This document shows, piece after piece, positions 27,833-42,805 of a stretch of DNA of 64,000 nt. The notes beneath the pieces were generated by a model. It saw only the letters and a list, made by a program, of their open reading frames with translations. It ran no database searches and had not been told where the DNA came from. A program made the position numbers and the translations under genes. Source of the DNA: Eledone cirrhosa (taxonomy: Eukaryota); contig OZ024755.1 of NCBI GenBank assembly GCA_964016885.1, positions 8,122,001-8,186,000 of the forward strand, given 5' to 3'. Each line of letters starts with the position of its first letter. Positions within the stretch are counted from its first letter, which is position 1.

Positions 27833-28663
27833 CTTAAAGTAAATCTTGGATACTGGATTCGAATTTTAAGATTTTAATATTAAATATCAAAGACAAATTC
27901 TGCTATGGTTTGTCACCATTAAATTTGTATTAGGTGTCTGTTAAAGAGAAACTTAATATACCGATTTGGGGGCAATTCCTTTATAATTTATCAAGGTGTT
28001 TACACATCATTCTCTGGCTCTATTCCTATCAATAATGCCAGGACTGCAATATTATATTTTAGTATAATATTCTTATATAAAGTTTAAGCTAGTATATCTA
28101 AGATGGTGTTATAATCCTATACATCGCTTGATATTCTAGAAGTAGCAATTGTAGTTAGATTTCTTTCTGTATAGAGGATTTTAGAAGACGTTATATCCGA
28201 ACGTATGGACTAAAGGAGAAACGGATGTGCTCTTGTCGAAGATATAAGCCTTCCATACTGTTATTTCTATTTCTAGCGATCTGAATGACTGTAGAGGTTG
28301 CTTCGTTATCTCGCTATAGAAATATAACTAAAATCATCATGAAAGATTTTACTAACAAATAATTTGTAAGATGGAAATAGGTGAATATATCGACCTCAGT
28401 ACTTTATTGATATTTTATTTCATCGTCCTTGAACTCAGCACATAGAGAGCCGGAACAAATTGATTTCTAATTGCTAAGCCACCACCTTCAACCGTTACAA
28501 GTGTTACAATGCATTTTGTTCAACATTAAACTTCTATGTATCAAGGGAAATAATTACATAGGGAAGGGAAATAATCTGATATGAAAAGAATAAGAGTTAG
28601 TACCCTTCTACAAGTTAATCAGTCGTAGTTCTTGAAAAGCTTCTATTCACACACACACACGAT

Positions 28664-28766
<103 letters not shown>

Positions 28767-29244
28767 TATATACATATATATATACTGTATATATATATAT
28801 ATATACTGTATATATGTATATATATATATCATATGCCATTAAAACATTTACAAACTACATATACATTACTACATATACACATACACTATATTATATTATA
28901 TTGTATACAATTATATTATATTGTATTACATTATATTAAAACATACACACACTACATATACCTTGTATTATCACGTATATATTATATTAACACGTACACA
29001 CACATACTACGTGTTTATTGATTTCTAATTTAGGCACACGGCCAGAAATTTTAGTGAGAGGGAAGAAAGTCGCCCCGAGGTTCTTGTAAATGATACTCGC
29101 TCAAGATGTCATACAAAGGGATAAAACCTGGAACTAATGATTGCAAAGTGAACTTTCTTGCCATTAATTCATTCTGGTCTACAAACACGACATAAATAAA
29201 CATTTACTGTTATGTTCATATTACAATGTTCATATTACAATCTG

Positions 29245-29393
29245 GCCAGCCGCAGGTGTGAGCCTTGCGAGCTGGAGTGGCTTTTTCAGCGCGTCCCCTT
29301 GCCGTCCACCGGGGAAACGCCTTCTCCATTTTGTCCGGCGGGGCTGTGGGGAGGCCACCGATATGCTTGACTGGCTTGTCATTTTATCAGTCA
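29245..29393 (+). mobile_element. CRE-clade extreme 3' fragment
   Basis: ASRRCEPCELEWLFQRVPLAVHRGNAFSILSGGAVGRPPI (one apparent frameshift). The 3' sequence ttgactggcttgtcattttatcagtca matches the 7826 copy. Confidence 0.75.
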
Positions 29394-29416
29394 GATGTTC
29401 TAAGATTATATATATA

Positions 29417-29740
29417 TATACAATATATTAACAAATGGAAACTATATTTATAAAACCATATTTATCCAGGAAGCTCCAACCGTTATGGTTGCAGTTTTTC
29501 AGGGTATGTCAATATTTATTTATAAAACTAATCTGTATTATATTTTATCTGATGAAAGCGCACCATAATCTGCCTTGGTGGCCCTTGAAATATGTATAAT
29601 GAAATAAATATGGTTTTATAAATATAGTTTCCATTTGTTAATATATTGTATATTTACTCCAATAATGTGTTGAGTGCTTTATATCAGTAATAAAAATATT
29701 TTAGCTTGTTGTATCCCAACAAATTAAATATAACCTCTAC
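29417..29740 (+). mobile_element. Penelope-like family A terminal repeat with inverted partial copy
   Basis: Inverted arms of about 49 bp at 29417-29465 and 29604-29652 enclose the HHR. Flanked by (TA)n. Confidence 0.7.
29542..29605 (+). ncRNA. Type I hammerhead ribozyme motif (family A)
   Basis: AUUUUAU-CUGAUGA-aagcgcaccauaaucugccuugguggcccuu-GAAA-uaugua-UA-AUGAAAU. Helix I has 7 bp (one G-U) and helix II is aag/cuu plus cacca/uggug. Confidence 0.8.
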
Positions 29741-29787
<47 letters not shown>

Positions 29788-32073
29788 ATGAGTATTGACG
29801 TACTACGTCAATACTCATCTTTTTCCATTTATCCGAGGGTTCTAAACCCCATTATCAGGCTAAAATTCCTTTAGTCAAAAATACGGTGAACGCTATTCTA
29901 TTTTCTAATTTCAAATCTGCTCATTGTTTCAAAACATACTTACTTGCCATTTAAACTCGCTAAGAATGTAGCTTTTAATTTGAATGGAAAGAGATGGGTG
30001 ATGTGTTGATGTAATGGTAGCACAGTGGTCGCGAAATATATATATATATATATATATATACTGCCCTACTCTTTCTCATACTGGCTAAATATGTTATGGT
30101 ATTATGTTTATATTACAATGCATTTTCTCCGCACATGGCATGATTTTCGGGCTTTGGTGACGTTGGATGTTTCCACAGTGATCACCGAGCTTTAGTTTCC
30201 AGGTTGCAGGCGTATACTAGCATCTTATCTTTAGGTATGATATTCAGAGACTCAGGATTCTTGTGATTATATGTTGAAATGTATGTGTGATGAGTAAGGG
30301 GTTGCAATACTCACTGTTTGCATAACAGCAACTGACGCGTTCAGTGAGCTTACCACGAAAAAAAAAAAAAAAATTGACTCGGATACGTTATCAACAGAGG
30401 TCACATACACACACATATACATGTTTGGGTTTACAAACTCTAGGAAAACTGATCAATAACACAGTAGGGAATAGAATAGAGAAGAGCACTACTAAAATAT
30501 TGGGTTTAATTTAATCGATTAGTCCCCTCACTTCAAATTGCTGGCATTGTACCAAAATTGAAACCATAGTTTTGTACTGGATTCTTGCTAAATATATTTC
30601 TGTAGATGTAGGGTGTTTCTTTGAAGGTCGAGGCCGTCAAATATACACGTTTCTTCAATGGTCCTATGAACTCTGACCAATACATCATCTGAAATTTCCT
30701 TCTACACTAACTATGATGTCATCTTGATCCTATTAGTTTCTGTTGAATATTTATGACACAGCTGATAATATTTGAAAGAATTAAGTTGTCGTTGTGAAAT
30801 TATCGTCAAATATGTACAAACTGATTAAAAGGGAAAACCCGTACCCTTGTGTTACTTATTTGTTTTATTACATAGCAAATGAATAAATTTATAAACAGAA
30901 AACGAAATGAGAAACGCTTGTTCAACTCATGGCCATTAGATGTGTCATTGAATTAGCTTCATATACTTGACGACAATTTTTAATATAATGATTATTTTAT
31001 TTCTATCATAAAAGTTATGTGTATTTCATTTTACTAATTATAACTGATATAAGGGTGGTGTATTAGCACAATTGTCGGTCGTCCTTAAATTAGAAACCAC
31101 TAATTATAAACTGCCATTCGAAAAGAACAAACACTTTCTCTAAAAAATATGGGGACATGTAACTCGACACTCAAGCAAGACGTTCCATTGATCCTATCAA
31201 CACGAGCATTATTTTTGGAACCGGCCGATATCCATAACAATTATTTTTACCCATTTTAGATTCTAAGAGCGAATCCGCCTTGTTAAGATATGATCTTTCA
31301 TTTAATTTCTTCTTTTTCGAGAAAATAAGTACCAGTTATAAAATGAGGACGATCATCCACAAGAAACTCATATATACCATTGTCTACACAGTTTCTGCCT
31401 AATTACTGAATTTAACTGAATATTTTAATTAAATTCATCTATTATATATGGCTTGGCTTTTCACTCAGACTAAACGAATTTTGTATTGAATTTCTAGCGA
31501 AGAGGGGCAGAAAATGTGTTAAGAATATTGATTCATTGTATACACATGGCATTTATCTTGTATTCTTTAAATAACTTATCATATCAGCTTATGAAATCAG
31601 CAGTTTAATATTTATTATACATGAGAATCAAATTTGTTTCATTTCCGTGGTCGTAATTCTTTTCTTGCATGTATCACGTTTGGCGGCCTTACATGTCTTT
31701 ATACTTTAATGATGTCGTAATCTTTATGGTTTCTGTTGGTGCACTATTTAGATATAGAACTAGATTGCATAGGAAATATATCCACAACAAATTGTAAATA
31801 ATTGTATTGATTAACAATTGCAGTGTAACAATCGAGGCTTTAAATGCGGCATTCAAATCACTACCATTCACTTGAATATGCTTTCAATGTTATCCTGATA
31901 TATATTGTCATGAAAAGAAATTTCACAAATAGTTGATATGTTATCTATTGTAGACTACACAGAATCTCGACTCCTATTCTTTATGTTCCGAGATCTCAAT
32001 AGTTACATACAATATTTCAGAATTCTGTAAAGACATTAACACTACAGACATTAGATAGCAACTTTGGTCAAGG

Positions 32074-32243
<170 letters not shown>

Positions 32244-32353
32244 GTACACAATACATGAACAAAGGGATATATGCACATATGAGAATACTCACGCACACAT
32301 AGACATACAAAGAAAATATGGTGCATGTCAACGTATACATACACACATACACA

Positions 32354-32434
<81 letters not shown>

Positions 32435-32528
32435 ATATGGAAAACGAAGAATCAGTGATGTATCGAAACACAATTTATTAGCGTATTACATTTGTTTCTC
32501 CGGCGAACAGCTCGAGGTACGATCTACA

Positions 32529-32569
<41 letters not shown>

Positions 32570-32582
32570 ACACACACACACG

Positions 32583-32621
<39 letters not shown>

Positions 32622-32939
32622 GTATACATACGTATGTATGTATGTATGTTTGTGAGAGAGAGAGTATAAAGTTGTTTGTCAATGTGGTTGCTTGTGACCT
32701 GCAACTGCAAGTAATTGCAGTGTTGCATATACCGTTACTAAATGTGATTGTAAAGGACGCTACACCGTACAGAAGAAAATACAAAAAAAGGTACAAAAAC
32801 AAAACACAAAAACAAACATCAATTGATAAAAATAAAACCTGACATTTAGCCCTCTTCACTGCACTATATTTCATGCGTGTACGTTAACACTCCACTATAA
32901 ATCAACATGGCAGCCAGCCAAGTGGAAGCTTTATAGTTC

Positions 32940-33455
<516 letters not shown>

Positions 33456-35229
33456 TGCATCAGAAATGCAGCGAATCATTAATTAATTCTTTGTAACATG
33501 TAACAAACGAGGCTATTGTTCACAAAATATAGTAGAAAATCTATATGAAAAAAGTATTAAATCGTGTGACATGGAATATAAAATATTCATCTAAAACAAG
33601 TTGTGATCAGTATAAGTGATATATAATAGTCAAAATGTATAATTATTCTCGTGATGTTGTCAGGCTGATACTTGGGATTATCTGTCTAATCTTAAGCTCC
33701 TCACTTTTTATGGGTTTAGGAGAAAAAATATTGATGATATAAAATGTAATGTAAAAAGATTTGTCAGGTTTAAGGAATGCTTTTCCTTCTAAATTCATTC
33801 ATCAACCATCTTCAATTACACTATTTTTTGTTTCCTATATTGAAACTAATCTTAATTCTGCAAAAGTATTGTAGTGGATTAATTTATTACCTAAGGTATG
33901 TACCGATTGTCATAGATTTCTAAGCTGGCTGCAAAATACTTTTACCTCTTTCTCCTAATTTAAAAGTACAATATATGAATATAATAGCTGGCTTTTATGT
34001 TTCCCAAGATATTTATAAACTCTGTTGCCTCGAACAGAAGTAACAGAACATTTTAATACATTTAATACACCACCACACTTTCTGTGATAAATAACATGTT
34101 TTTTTTCATTTCCCCCGTGTGTACCGGAATACAATTACCATACCATTTACCAGCAAGCAATCAATATTCCTTGAGCCTGACAGTTTCCTTGTTTATGTTG
34201 TCTTTCTTCACCTATTGAAGACGTATTCTATAAAACATTGTCTAGAATCCATACCTAATATATAAAGGCCCACCAGTCAGAGGTATTGTATGACACATTT
34301 TATATTGTTCACATATTATATCACATAGCCAATTTTGAACATCAACGAACATTCAGTTTGCTAGAGAGCCTCAAGCAAACCATATTATTTAGATGTCTGT
34401 TGATAACACAAATAAAACTAACAGTCAACCAAGGAAATCAATTGTATATCTTAAAGAGATACCTAAATTCTACAACGTAATATGTTGTGTTGTTTTATCT
34501 ATATTTAAATACAAAGACACATGTTTCTCCAGATTCTTTTCAGTAGCTTGCAGCTAATTTCTATACAGAGAAATGAAATAAAAGTTGAATTGAAGTCTAA
34601 AAAATGTTTTTACGTGAAATAATTCTTTTCATTGACGTAATTTCCCTGTGGAAAAAACAAAAAATAAAAGGAAAAAATAATAATAATGAATAAAAAAAGA
34701 AAGCATTTCGAATTTAAAGAAGTTTTGGTTGTATGACATGCAACTATTATTGAAGAGAGATAGGACACGTATATATATATAATATTATTGTTTAAGTGAG
34801 AAGCTCAATAAAAAACTCTCGACATATAGATTCCTATACATAAAAGGAAACATTTTGATCTTGTTAAACTAAAGTGGGGGACGGTGTGCATTGAAAAAGT
34901 CGGTAAAGTGTCCGATGGAAAATACCTCGGTATCTGTTTAGGCTCACTTCGTACAGTGTTCTAATCCCATCGAGATTAACTTTGCATTACATCTTTTCTG
35001 TATCAAAAAGTAAATTACCATTTTTTGAGCCGTGGATTGGAGAAATGGGTCAAGAGTCGAATGGGATGTTATGCGTTATTTGATTCAGTTCTGTGCGTTC
35101 TGAGTTTAAATGCGGAATCTTTCCGCTAAGAGCACCCTCGTCAAGCCTATAGTACCAGTGGAATGACCAATGGAAACGTAGTTTCCTTGGTCCGATTTGA
35201 CAGTGAGCATTCTAGACATTAATAGACAG

Positions 35230-35440
35230 ATTCTATCTCGCAGCGGTCATTCCTTTCGTGCAACAAATCAGGATGAGGATATCGTACCTGAGAATGGATC
35301 CCCGTGAGGTGGAATAGCTGATGGAGCCGATATGGTTGACCATTCTTCTTTTCAACAATACTGCTATCTTGTATGCGGTATGTAGCTGATATATGCTGTC
35401 CAGACGAACATTTTCTCTTGATCGTTTTTGGAGCTGATTG
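35230..35440 (-). mobile_element. Very degenerate LINE RT fragment
   Basis: IYQLHTAYKIAVLLKRRMVNHIGSISYSTSRGSILRYDILILIC loosely resembles the region around the RT motif GV.QG.ILSP.LF. Confidence 0.35.
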
Positions 35441-35974
35441 TGGTGGTGGGGTCCCTTTATTTTATGTCTACTTTTCTCATATTTTACCGTTTTTATGTTT
35501 GCAGGGTATATTTGAAAATATTTTATAAATTTTAATTTCGCACGCATTCCACATTTCTGAGTTAATGGAAAATACCACAAACCATAATCTGGTTTACTTC
35601 ATGGAGTATCATTACCGTCTTAGATAAAAACAGAACAGATTCTATTAACATAAACACAGAGAATATTTTACTTTATATGAGAACCAATGGCCGATTGCCT
35701 ACATATCATCAGTGGAATCAAATTGCTACTCTTAACATCTGCAACGCTCGACTTTATCTCGCCGCCCTTAGCATCAACTCAACGTTCAACTTTATCTCAT
35801 GTGAAGTTTAAAAGTTTCCCTCTAATTGGCCACGCATCTTAAACAATCTGTATAGTAATCTTCCAGTTTAATCGCTACTTCTTTGATTAGATATATCGTA
35901 CTCTCTCAAATTTCCAATATCAACTCCAGTGTTATTAAATGTAAATCTAATTCTCATTGTTTCATTTGGTTTCT

Positions 35975-36190
35975 GGTTTAGCGGTTAAGATGTTTGGCTC
36001 AAGATCGTAAGGTTGTTAGTTCGATTTTCGGTGACACATTGTGTAATTGGGCAAGAAAGATTATTCCTCAGTGTTCCAATATACTCAGCTGAATTCTACA
36101 TTTAATTCAAAAGGACAGTCTTGTCACATTTTGTGTCATAGTAAATCACTCTAAGAACTACGTTACGTGTATGTGGAGTATTCAGCTACT
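35975..36190 (+). mobile_element. Degenerate tRNA-derived SINE
   Basis: tggtttagcggttaag...agttcgattt...cttgtcacattttgtgtcatagtaaatcactctaagaactacgtta. Confidence 0.65.
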
Positions 36191-36377
36191 CACCAACTGT
36201 GGTGCCTTAGACTTAGTTGAGGTCGTCATAAATGTAGACCTATTGCACACAAAACAGGCGTTAGCTGAAACGTTATGTTAAATGAAAGATGTTTAAATAG
36301 TTTGAATATTTTGAGATGTATAATTATAGATCAACAAGGTTTATAATATATATATATATTAATAGCAGCGATCTTCG

Positions 36378-36459
<82 letters not shown>

Positions 36460-36472
36460 GTATATATATATG

Positions 36473-36536
<64 letters not shown>

Positions 36537-37169
36537 GTATATAGAGAATCATATGCATATGTATGCATGTTTTAGTTTCGTATATATCAAATAAAAAATG
36601 TCAAGTTAATTTAATTTATAAATGGTAATGAAGGAATGAAGATTATCAAAAACAATAAGAAAATCAACAACAATAATACACACAGGCACACGCACACACA
36701 TACACACAGAGGCACAGAGACACACACACACATGTACAGTATACACACATATGCACACATATATACACACACACATGCACACACATATATACACACACAC
36801 ATATATATAGAGAGAGATAGATAGATAGATATATAGATACACACGAATATAAGTATTCGTTTCGCTTCATCAGATTCAAAGGTATGCTTGAGTGAACCAC
36901 ATCTCAGATTATATATAAGGTCCGTAATAGAACAGGGAAACAGAAGTGAAAGGTGACAGCTACAGTGATAACATCTAAGCTGTTTAAGAAAGAAATGTAA
37001 ATATTATAAAGTAATTTAATCCGATAACATATAGTTTGGGCAATCTATCTATTCTTCGTTCATTGAAGGTTAAAATTTAACTGACATTAATCTTAACGTT
37101 GACAAGAGATTAGCGGATAAGATCCAGAAGTAAATAATCTGTCTAATACCATTTAAATAGCCATATCGG

Positions 37170-37580
37170 TAGATTGGCGGAGTCATAAGGGCGTTGTATA
37201 AATGTGTAGCAGTATTGTTACGGTTGTTTACTTTCTGAGCTCAAATCTCACCGAAGTTCATTTCGCCTTTCATCCTTCTAGGATGATAAAATGAAATACC
37301 CGTCAAATACTAGGGATGTTATAATTGATATCATCTTCCCTAAAGATTGCTGGGTTTGTACCAACATTACAAACCATTATTACTATTATTATTGGCAGTA
37401 TCGGTAGAGGGTTGGACGCCATGCTTTCTAGCATAGTTACGTCCCTTTACAGTCTGAGTTCAAATTCCATCGAGGTTAACTTTGCCTTTCATCCTTACGG
37501 GGTCGATAAAATAAAGTAACAGTAATGCACTGGGATAATTGCTAGCCTCGTGCCAAAAATAGAAACAATTATTACTATTA
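37170..37580 (+). mobile_element. Two SINE family 1 copies (older about 37170-37380, younger about 37391-37580)
   Basis: ttggcagtatcggtagagg...ctgagttcaaattccatcgaggttaactttgcctttcatccttacggggtcg. Confidence 0.85.
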
Positions 37581-39897
37581 TTAATATTCATAATGCTTTG
37601 AACAAGTGACTTTTATAATAGACTCAGTTTTGACCCCAGACTGTGAGTGGATTAGACGGAAACTGTGTGGAAGCTAGCCAGGGGTGGGATGGTTCTTGTA
37701 ATTCCAAGGCCGGGCTTTGTCAAAACCAAAGGAGGATCCAGCATATTTGTGCATATCATAAAATAAATAAATCTAAATATTCTGATAGCAATTTCTACTG
37801 TAGATACAATGGAAAATATATTTGATTCTTCAAATGAAGTTTCTTTTACAATGTTTTCTATTGTCATATTAGACGGCCCGTTTAACCTCAGCTCTCTAAG
37901 AATCATCTAAGAATCAGACGTCACTATGAGTCACGTTCTATATGGTCTTATTGGACAAATGAATGATTGAAAAATCACGCCAAAGTTAACATTACACGCT
38001 TTAGTTCATACTATAAAGCCGCAAGCAAAATATTATTTTCTTTTACGTAAACAATAAACTAGTTTTATGCTGACGCATTGGAAAATCACCATTAGAAATC
38101 ATAATCATATCACTTTCTTTTTTTATTTCTGAAGTTCAATAAAATGAAATAGATATTAATTTCGTGTGTTGTCTCTGTTTCAAAAATATTTGTAATCGAG
38201 CGACTAAAGTAGAAAAGATATAATTGAAGGCTAGTGGTTTAGTTGTTATAGTTATGGTTCTTTAATATTTGCGTTCAGATCCCACAGATGTCAACTTTGT
38301 CTTTCATCCTTCTGGAGTCGAGGAAATAAAGTACCAGCCATTTATTTGGGTTGATGTAGTTGTCTTTTCGTTTCAGCCAAATTGCTGTCCTCTTGCCTAA
38401 ATTGGAAATGATTATTACATGACAGATATTATTAGAATTTAATAGTTAAATATCTACCTTTTATCATTAAATAATATGTTGGTTGTTTTCACTAAACCTC
38501 CCACGTAATTATTGATTGTTTTGTTAGTCAATAGCCAAATATAATCATGTTAGAAAAAGGGTAAAGCTACACTTCTCGTGAAGGATTTCAGTTATTTCAG
38601 CAATTGAATGCTCATCGTCGTGACCGATGAAGAACCTGCCACTTTGTTTGGTGGTTTCATGCTTACAAATCGTATTATATGGAAGAGGCCTGTTGATAAA
38701 TGACTAAAATACATTTTAAGCTGTACAGTGTAGTAGAGTTTTGAATCTGTTATGGAAATTTCAACTATGTGATGAGAGAAAATAACAGAAAAAAAATTTC
38801 TAATATGCCAAAACCTTAACGAGAATTCTACGATTCAGCCTGAAGAACTAACGACTGATTGATTGAACCTATTCCTCAATCCGAAGTCATTTTGGTCTTA
38901 ACTCACTAATTTGACAGAAATGAGTAGTGAAATTCTATTAGCACGCGAGAGATGAGCCAATGTCTTATTTTCTTTTCCCTTCTCTCTCACCTTTTTTTTT
39001 CACATCAGTAACCTCAAAATCCAATATTCTATCCATCAAACCATACAGACATCTATTAAGTTAGGTAACAATCTCATAGCTACCCCTTCCTCCTGTTTCT
39101 AGATTCAACATGGCAAGTGGTAATTGTAAGAGAATCGATACAGATTCCAATATCATGTTTGTAGAGGATTTTCAACAGCAAATATATCTAGTTCCTTTAT
39201 ATTTCCAATTTCTGAAATAATTTATTTTTCATTCCATTCCATTCCATTTATCCCATCTTCAATGTGTATTCTTCACATTTATCATGCCTGACACTTATCA
39301 AAACATACATGACACCAATAGTTATATTTTTACACAGCAAATAGTTAATAGAAAAGTAATTGTGGGCTCCAGATAATATTGTAAACTAATATTTACTCTA
39401 ATAATTTATTTTTAATAGATAAATGCATTAATGACAGCTTTTCAAAACATTAAATGTTCAAAAATATTAAAATAGATATAAAAAGTAAATGACGAACTAA
39501 ATTATATCTGTTTTACATACAAAACTATCAACAATCTCGCAGAGAAAGTAAAGCTGGAGAAAAAGAAAAAAAAATTACCTTGTCATAGAATGTAATTATA
39601 GTAAATGCCTAGAGTTAGTGCAATTATACGAGTTGTTCTTAAGATAATATCTGCTCTAATGTCGATAGTCGTTTTTCTGTTTTATATACTGAGTTGGAAA
39701 ACTTTAATAACGTGATCAATAAAAATCTTGAGGCTAAGGTTTCTTATCAGGGAATTGCTTACCATAATGTTAAATTAATCCTCTTGGCGAATTAAATAAG
39801 AAATACCAGTGCGTGTTTCTATTTCCACAGTTTAATAGTATAAGGTTAGAGATAAATAATAGACTATGTTCAAAGATTACTGGTTCTTGTGGTAGAA

Positions 39898-40458
39898 GAG
39901 TTGTATGTACTAACTATTCTATACAAGTTTGTCCGGCATTGCAGTTGTGTATTATTAGTTCTCACAGCATTACATTTGTTAGCTAACTATTAGTAGCTCT
40001 CACAATACTGTATTTCCGTGTACTAATTATTACTGACATTGCAGTTCTATGAAGTAATGATTATTGATTATTAAAGGGTTACAGTTATGAATATTAACTA
40101 TTAATAGTTTATACGACAGTCGAGCTGAGTATACTATAACTTTTGTGTACTAACTATTACAGCTTTGTGTACTAACTGTTACTAACTCTCATGATTTTTC
40201 TGTTGTATGTACTAACTATTACTATTGTTGTATGTACTAACTATTACTATTGTACAGTATTGCAGTTGTGTTGATTAACTATTACAGATATTTCAGTTGT
40301 GTGTAAGGTATTACAGGTATGTAAACTAACTGTAATGTATTACAGTTATGTAAATTAACTGTTACGGTAATATAGTCATGTGTACTAACTTTTACTTGTC
40401 CCTTCGTATTACAGATTTGTGTAGTAGCTATTACTTATTCCCATAGTATTTCAGTTGT
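39898..40458. repeat. Degenerate minisatellite (core gttgtatgtactaactattac)
   Basis: More than ten diverged recurrences of the core. Confidence 0.7.
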
Positions 40459-40570
40459 GGCACCTTGGGCAAGTTTCATTTGACCTAACCTCGGGTCAAC
40501 ATATTTACCATAGCCTCAGGATTTGAGCGTGAAATTAGATAGGCGGAAACTGTTGGGAAGCCCGTCAGTT
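40458..40570 (+). mobile_element. SINE fragment (family 3: ggcaccttgggcaag...ggcggaaactg...gaagcccgtc)
   Basis: A related fragment lies at about 37630-37675. Resembles an abundant octopus repeat as remembered. Confidence 0.5.
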
Positions 40571-41948
40571 CATCTGTACCTGTAGTTCAACACTTTTCTA
40601 GAGTATGTGAGACAGATACTTAAAGGGTTACTAAAAATATCCCTAGTATATGTGTACGGTGTTAAATGAAGACTCACCCAACATCAACACTATATGAAGT
40701 GGGTGTTTAAAAAGTTAAAAACAAATTTACAGTATGGGAGGTTGGGATTAAATAAGAAATATTTACAGCTTATGTATAGTGTTTAAAGGATTTAGAGGAG
40801 AAATCTCCCTAATGTATGAGACTGGTGTTTAAGTGGTTAATCAACAAATATCTTATTTATTGGTATGATAAACTGATATCAATGTTATCGAGGTCAGAAG
40901 TATGGATGTTGAACGGATATTAAGAATTATATTGCATATTACACACATTGTGCTGTAGTATACATTAAGTTTTATTTATATCGTCTACGAGAAATCACTT
41001 ATCCTTGGTTAAACTTGCATGAGTCTTGCACCACCTGGACAAAATCAATTTGTAGTTAGGTGGATTGCATCGTTGATAGTTAAGTGTCATTCACCTGAAT
41101 ATGCTACAACACTTCACCAATAACAAGATACTCTGGAATTCTGGAATGCTTATATCTTCTTCTTCGTCGTCGTCGTCTTCGTCGTCTTGTGTTATCAGAG
41201 AACTAAAATAACCACGAATATGGTATATAAAGAGGTAAATATCTATATATTGATTGATAAGAAACCAAATATTTTTGCGAAAATTGCAAAGAGATTTCTA
41301 TAGAATGATACCGCAGGTTTGAAATGCTGATATGTGTGTAGTATCGTAACTATTTCTTCCTCTTTCGTTAGTTCATCAACCTTCTTAAATCCGATATTCT
41401 GTAAAGTAATCAGATACTGCAATCCAGATTCCCGTAAATAAAACTTATTGGTCTCATGTATTTTTACTTAGTATGTTTTAATCGATAATGATATACGATC
41501 ATTTTATTTCACAATTTCTTGGTGTAAAAGCACATCCCAGGGTCTCTAGTGTATTCAGCCATACAAATGAAGTAAAATTATTCCAGCCCAAGGAATAAGT
41601 TTAAATTTGAGGATAATGATCGTTCGTTGTCTACAATATTAGCTTATATAATGTACAGTATACATCGAAAAACTTAGAACAGCTAATAAAAGCAAAACTC
41701 GTATAATATTGAAAACTATGACGTTGAGGTTAATGTTCGTTTATAATCCCATGTTTTTTATGTAAAAAATGTGGGTACAGTGAAAGTATCTATGGCAAAT
41801 GAAAAAAAGAGGAAAGAGATTTGATATCTGATGTTCATTGAAGGAAAGTAAGGAAAGAAAGGGATAAGAATGAAATAAGGAAAGTATATGAACAATACCA
41901 AATCGGAAAACAGAAGTATTTCAAAGTCACATACATATATACATACAT

Positions 41949-42258
41949 GATGGCTGCCTCCTCGTTATCGAGTATGGCCATTGCACGATATAACATTATC
42001 AATAATAATTAATTAATGCTATCGTGCAATGCCTCTGCGTGAAGATTTTTTTACGTGAGGAAAGACTGTGCACTGAGCCAATCACACTCTGAGCGACAGT
42101 AGCTATAACCCGAAAAGAAGAAAAGACCAACGTCATCGGTAACTACTGAGCCGCAGGTTTAATGTCAGTTTCCTGAGTCACCTTCTCCTAGAAGAATGCC
42201 TTGACAAAGGCTAGGGGTCTTTCACTCCCAGTGGATTAACTGCGCGATTGGGTATCCA
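41949..42258 (-). mobile_element. Short RTE-related non-autonomous element
   Basis: Homologous to 48848-49408 at both ends. Minus strand has gcctttgtcaaggcattcttctaggagaagg (RTE 5'-like motif). Confidence 0.6.
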
Positions 42259-42497
42259 TACACACATACATACATACACACACACACGCCTAGGATTACA
42301 CGTACACACACACTCACACACACATACACCTGTGTGCTTGTGTAAACGTTTGTGTTTATATCCTATAACTTACGTCGACAAAATTGAGATCGATAAAATA
42401 AGTTTCAGGCTTAAAAAAATAGATACTGGAGATATGGTCGACTTTAAGACGAGCTCCAGAAGTCTAATGATTAAACAGCAAATGAAAAGAATAAAAT

Positions 42498-42805
42498 AAT
42501 TGTTTCTACTTTTGGCACAAGGCCATCGATTACACCAGTACATTACTGGTACTTTATTTTATCGAGTCCGTAAGGATGAAAGGCAAAGTTAACCTCGACG
42601 GGATTAGAATAAAATAATTGTTTCTACTTTAAGCACAAGACCAGCAATTATCCCGTACATTACTGGTACTTTATTTTATCGACCCCGTAAGGATGAAAGG
42701 CAAAGTTAACCTCGGCGGGATTTGAACTCAGACTGTAAAGGGACGTAACTATGCTAGAAAGCATGGCGTCCAACCCTCTACCGATACTGCCAATTCACCG
42801 CCCTT
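42498..42805 (-). mobile_element. SINE family 1: full copy plus tandemly duplicated 3' part
   Basis: Two blocks at about 42498-42605 and 42615-42805, each preceded by gaataaaataattg. Confidence 0.9.

Noticed and set aside
36845-36876. Minus-strand gaat-ctgatga-agc-gaaac motif
   Set aside because: Helix II is absent and helix III does not pair. At best a deleted relic.
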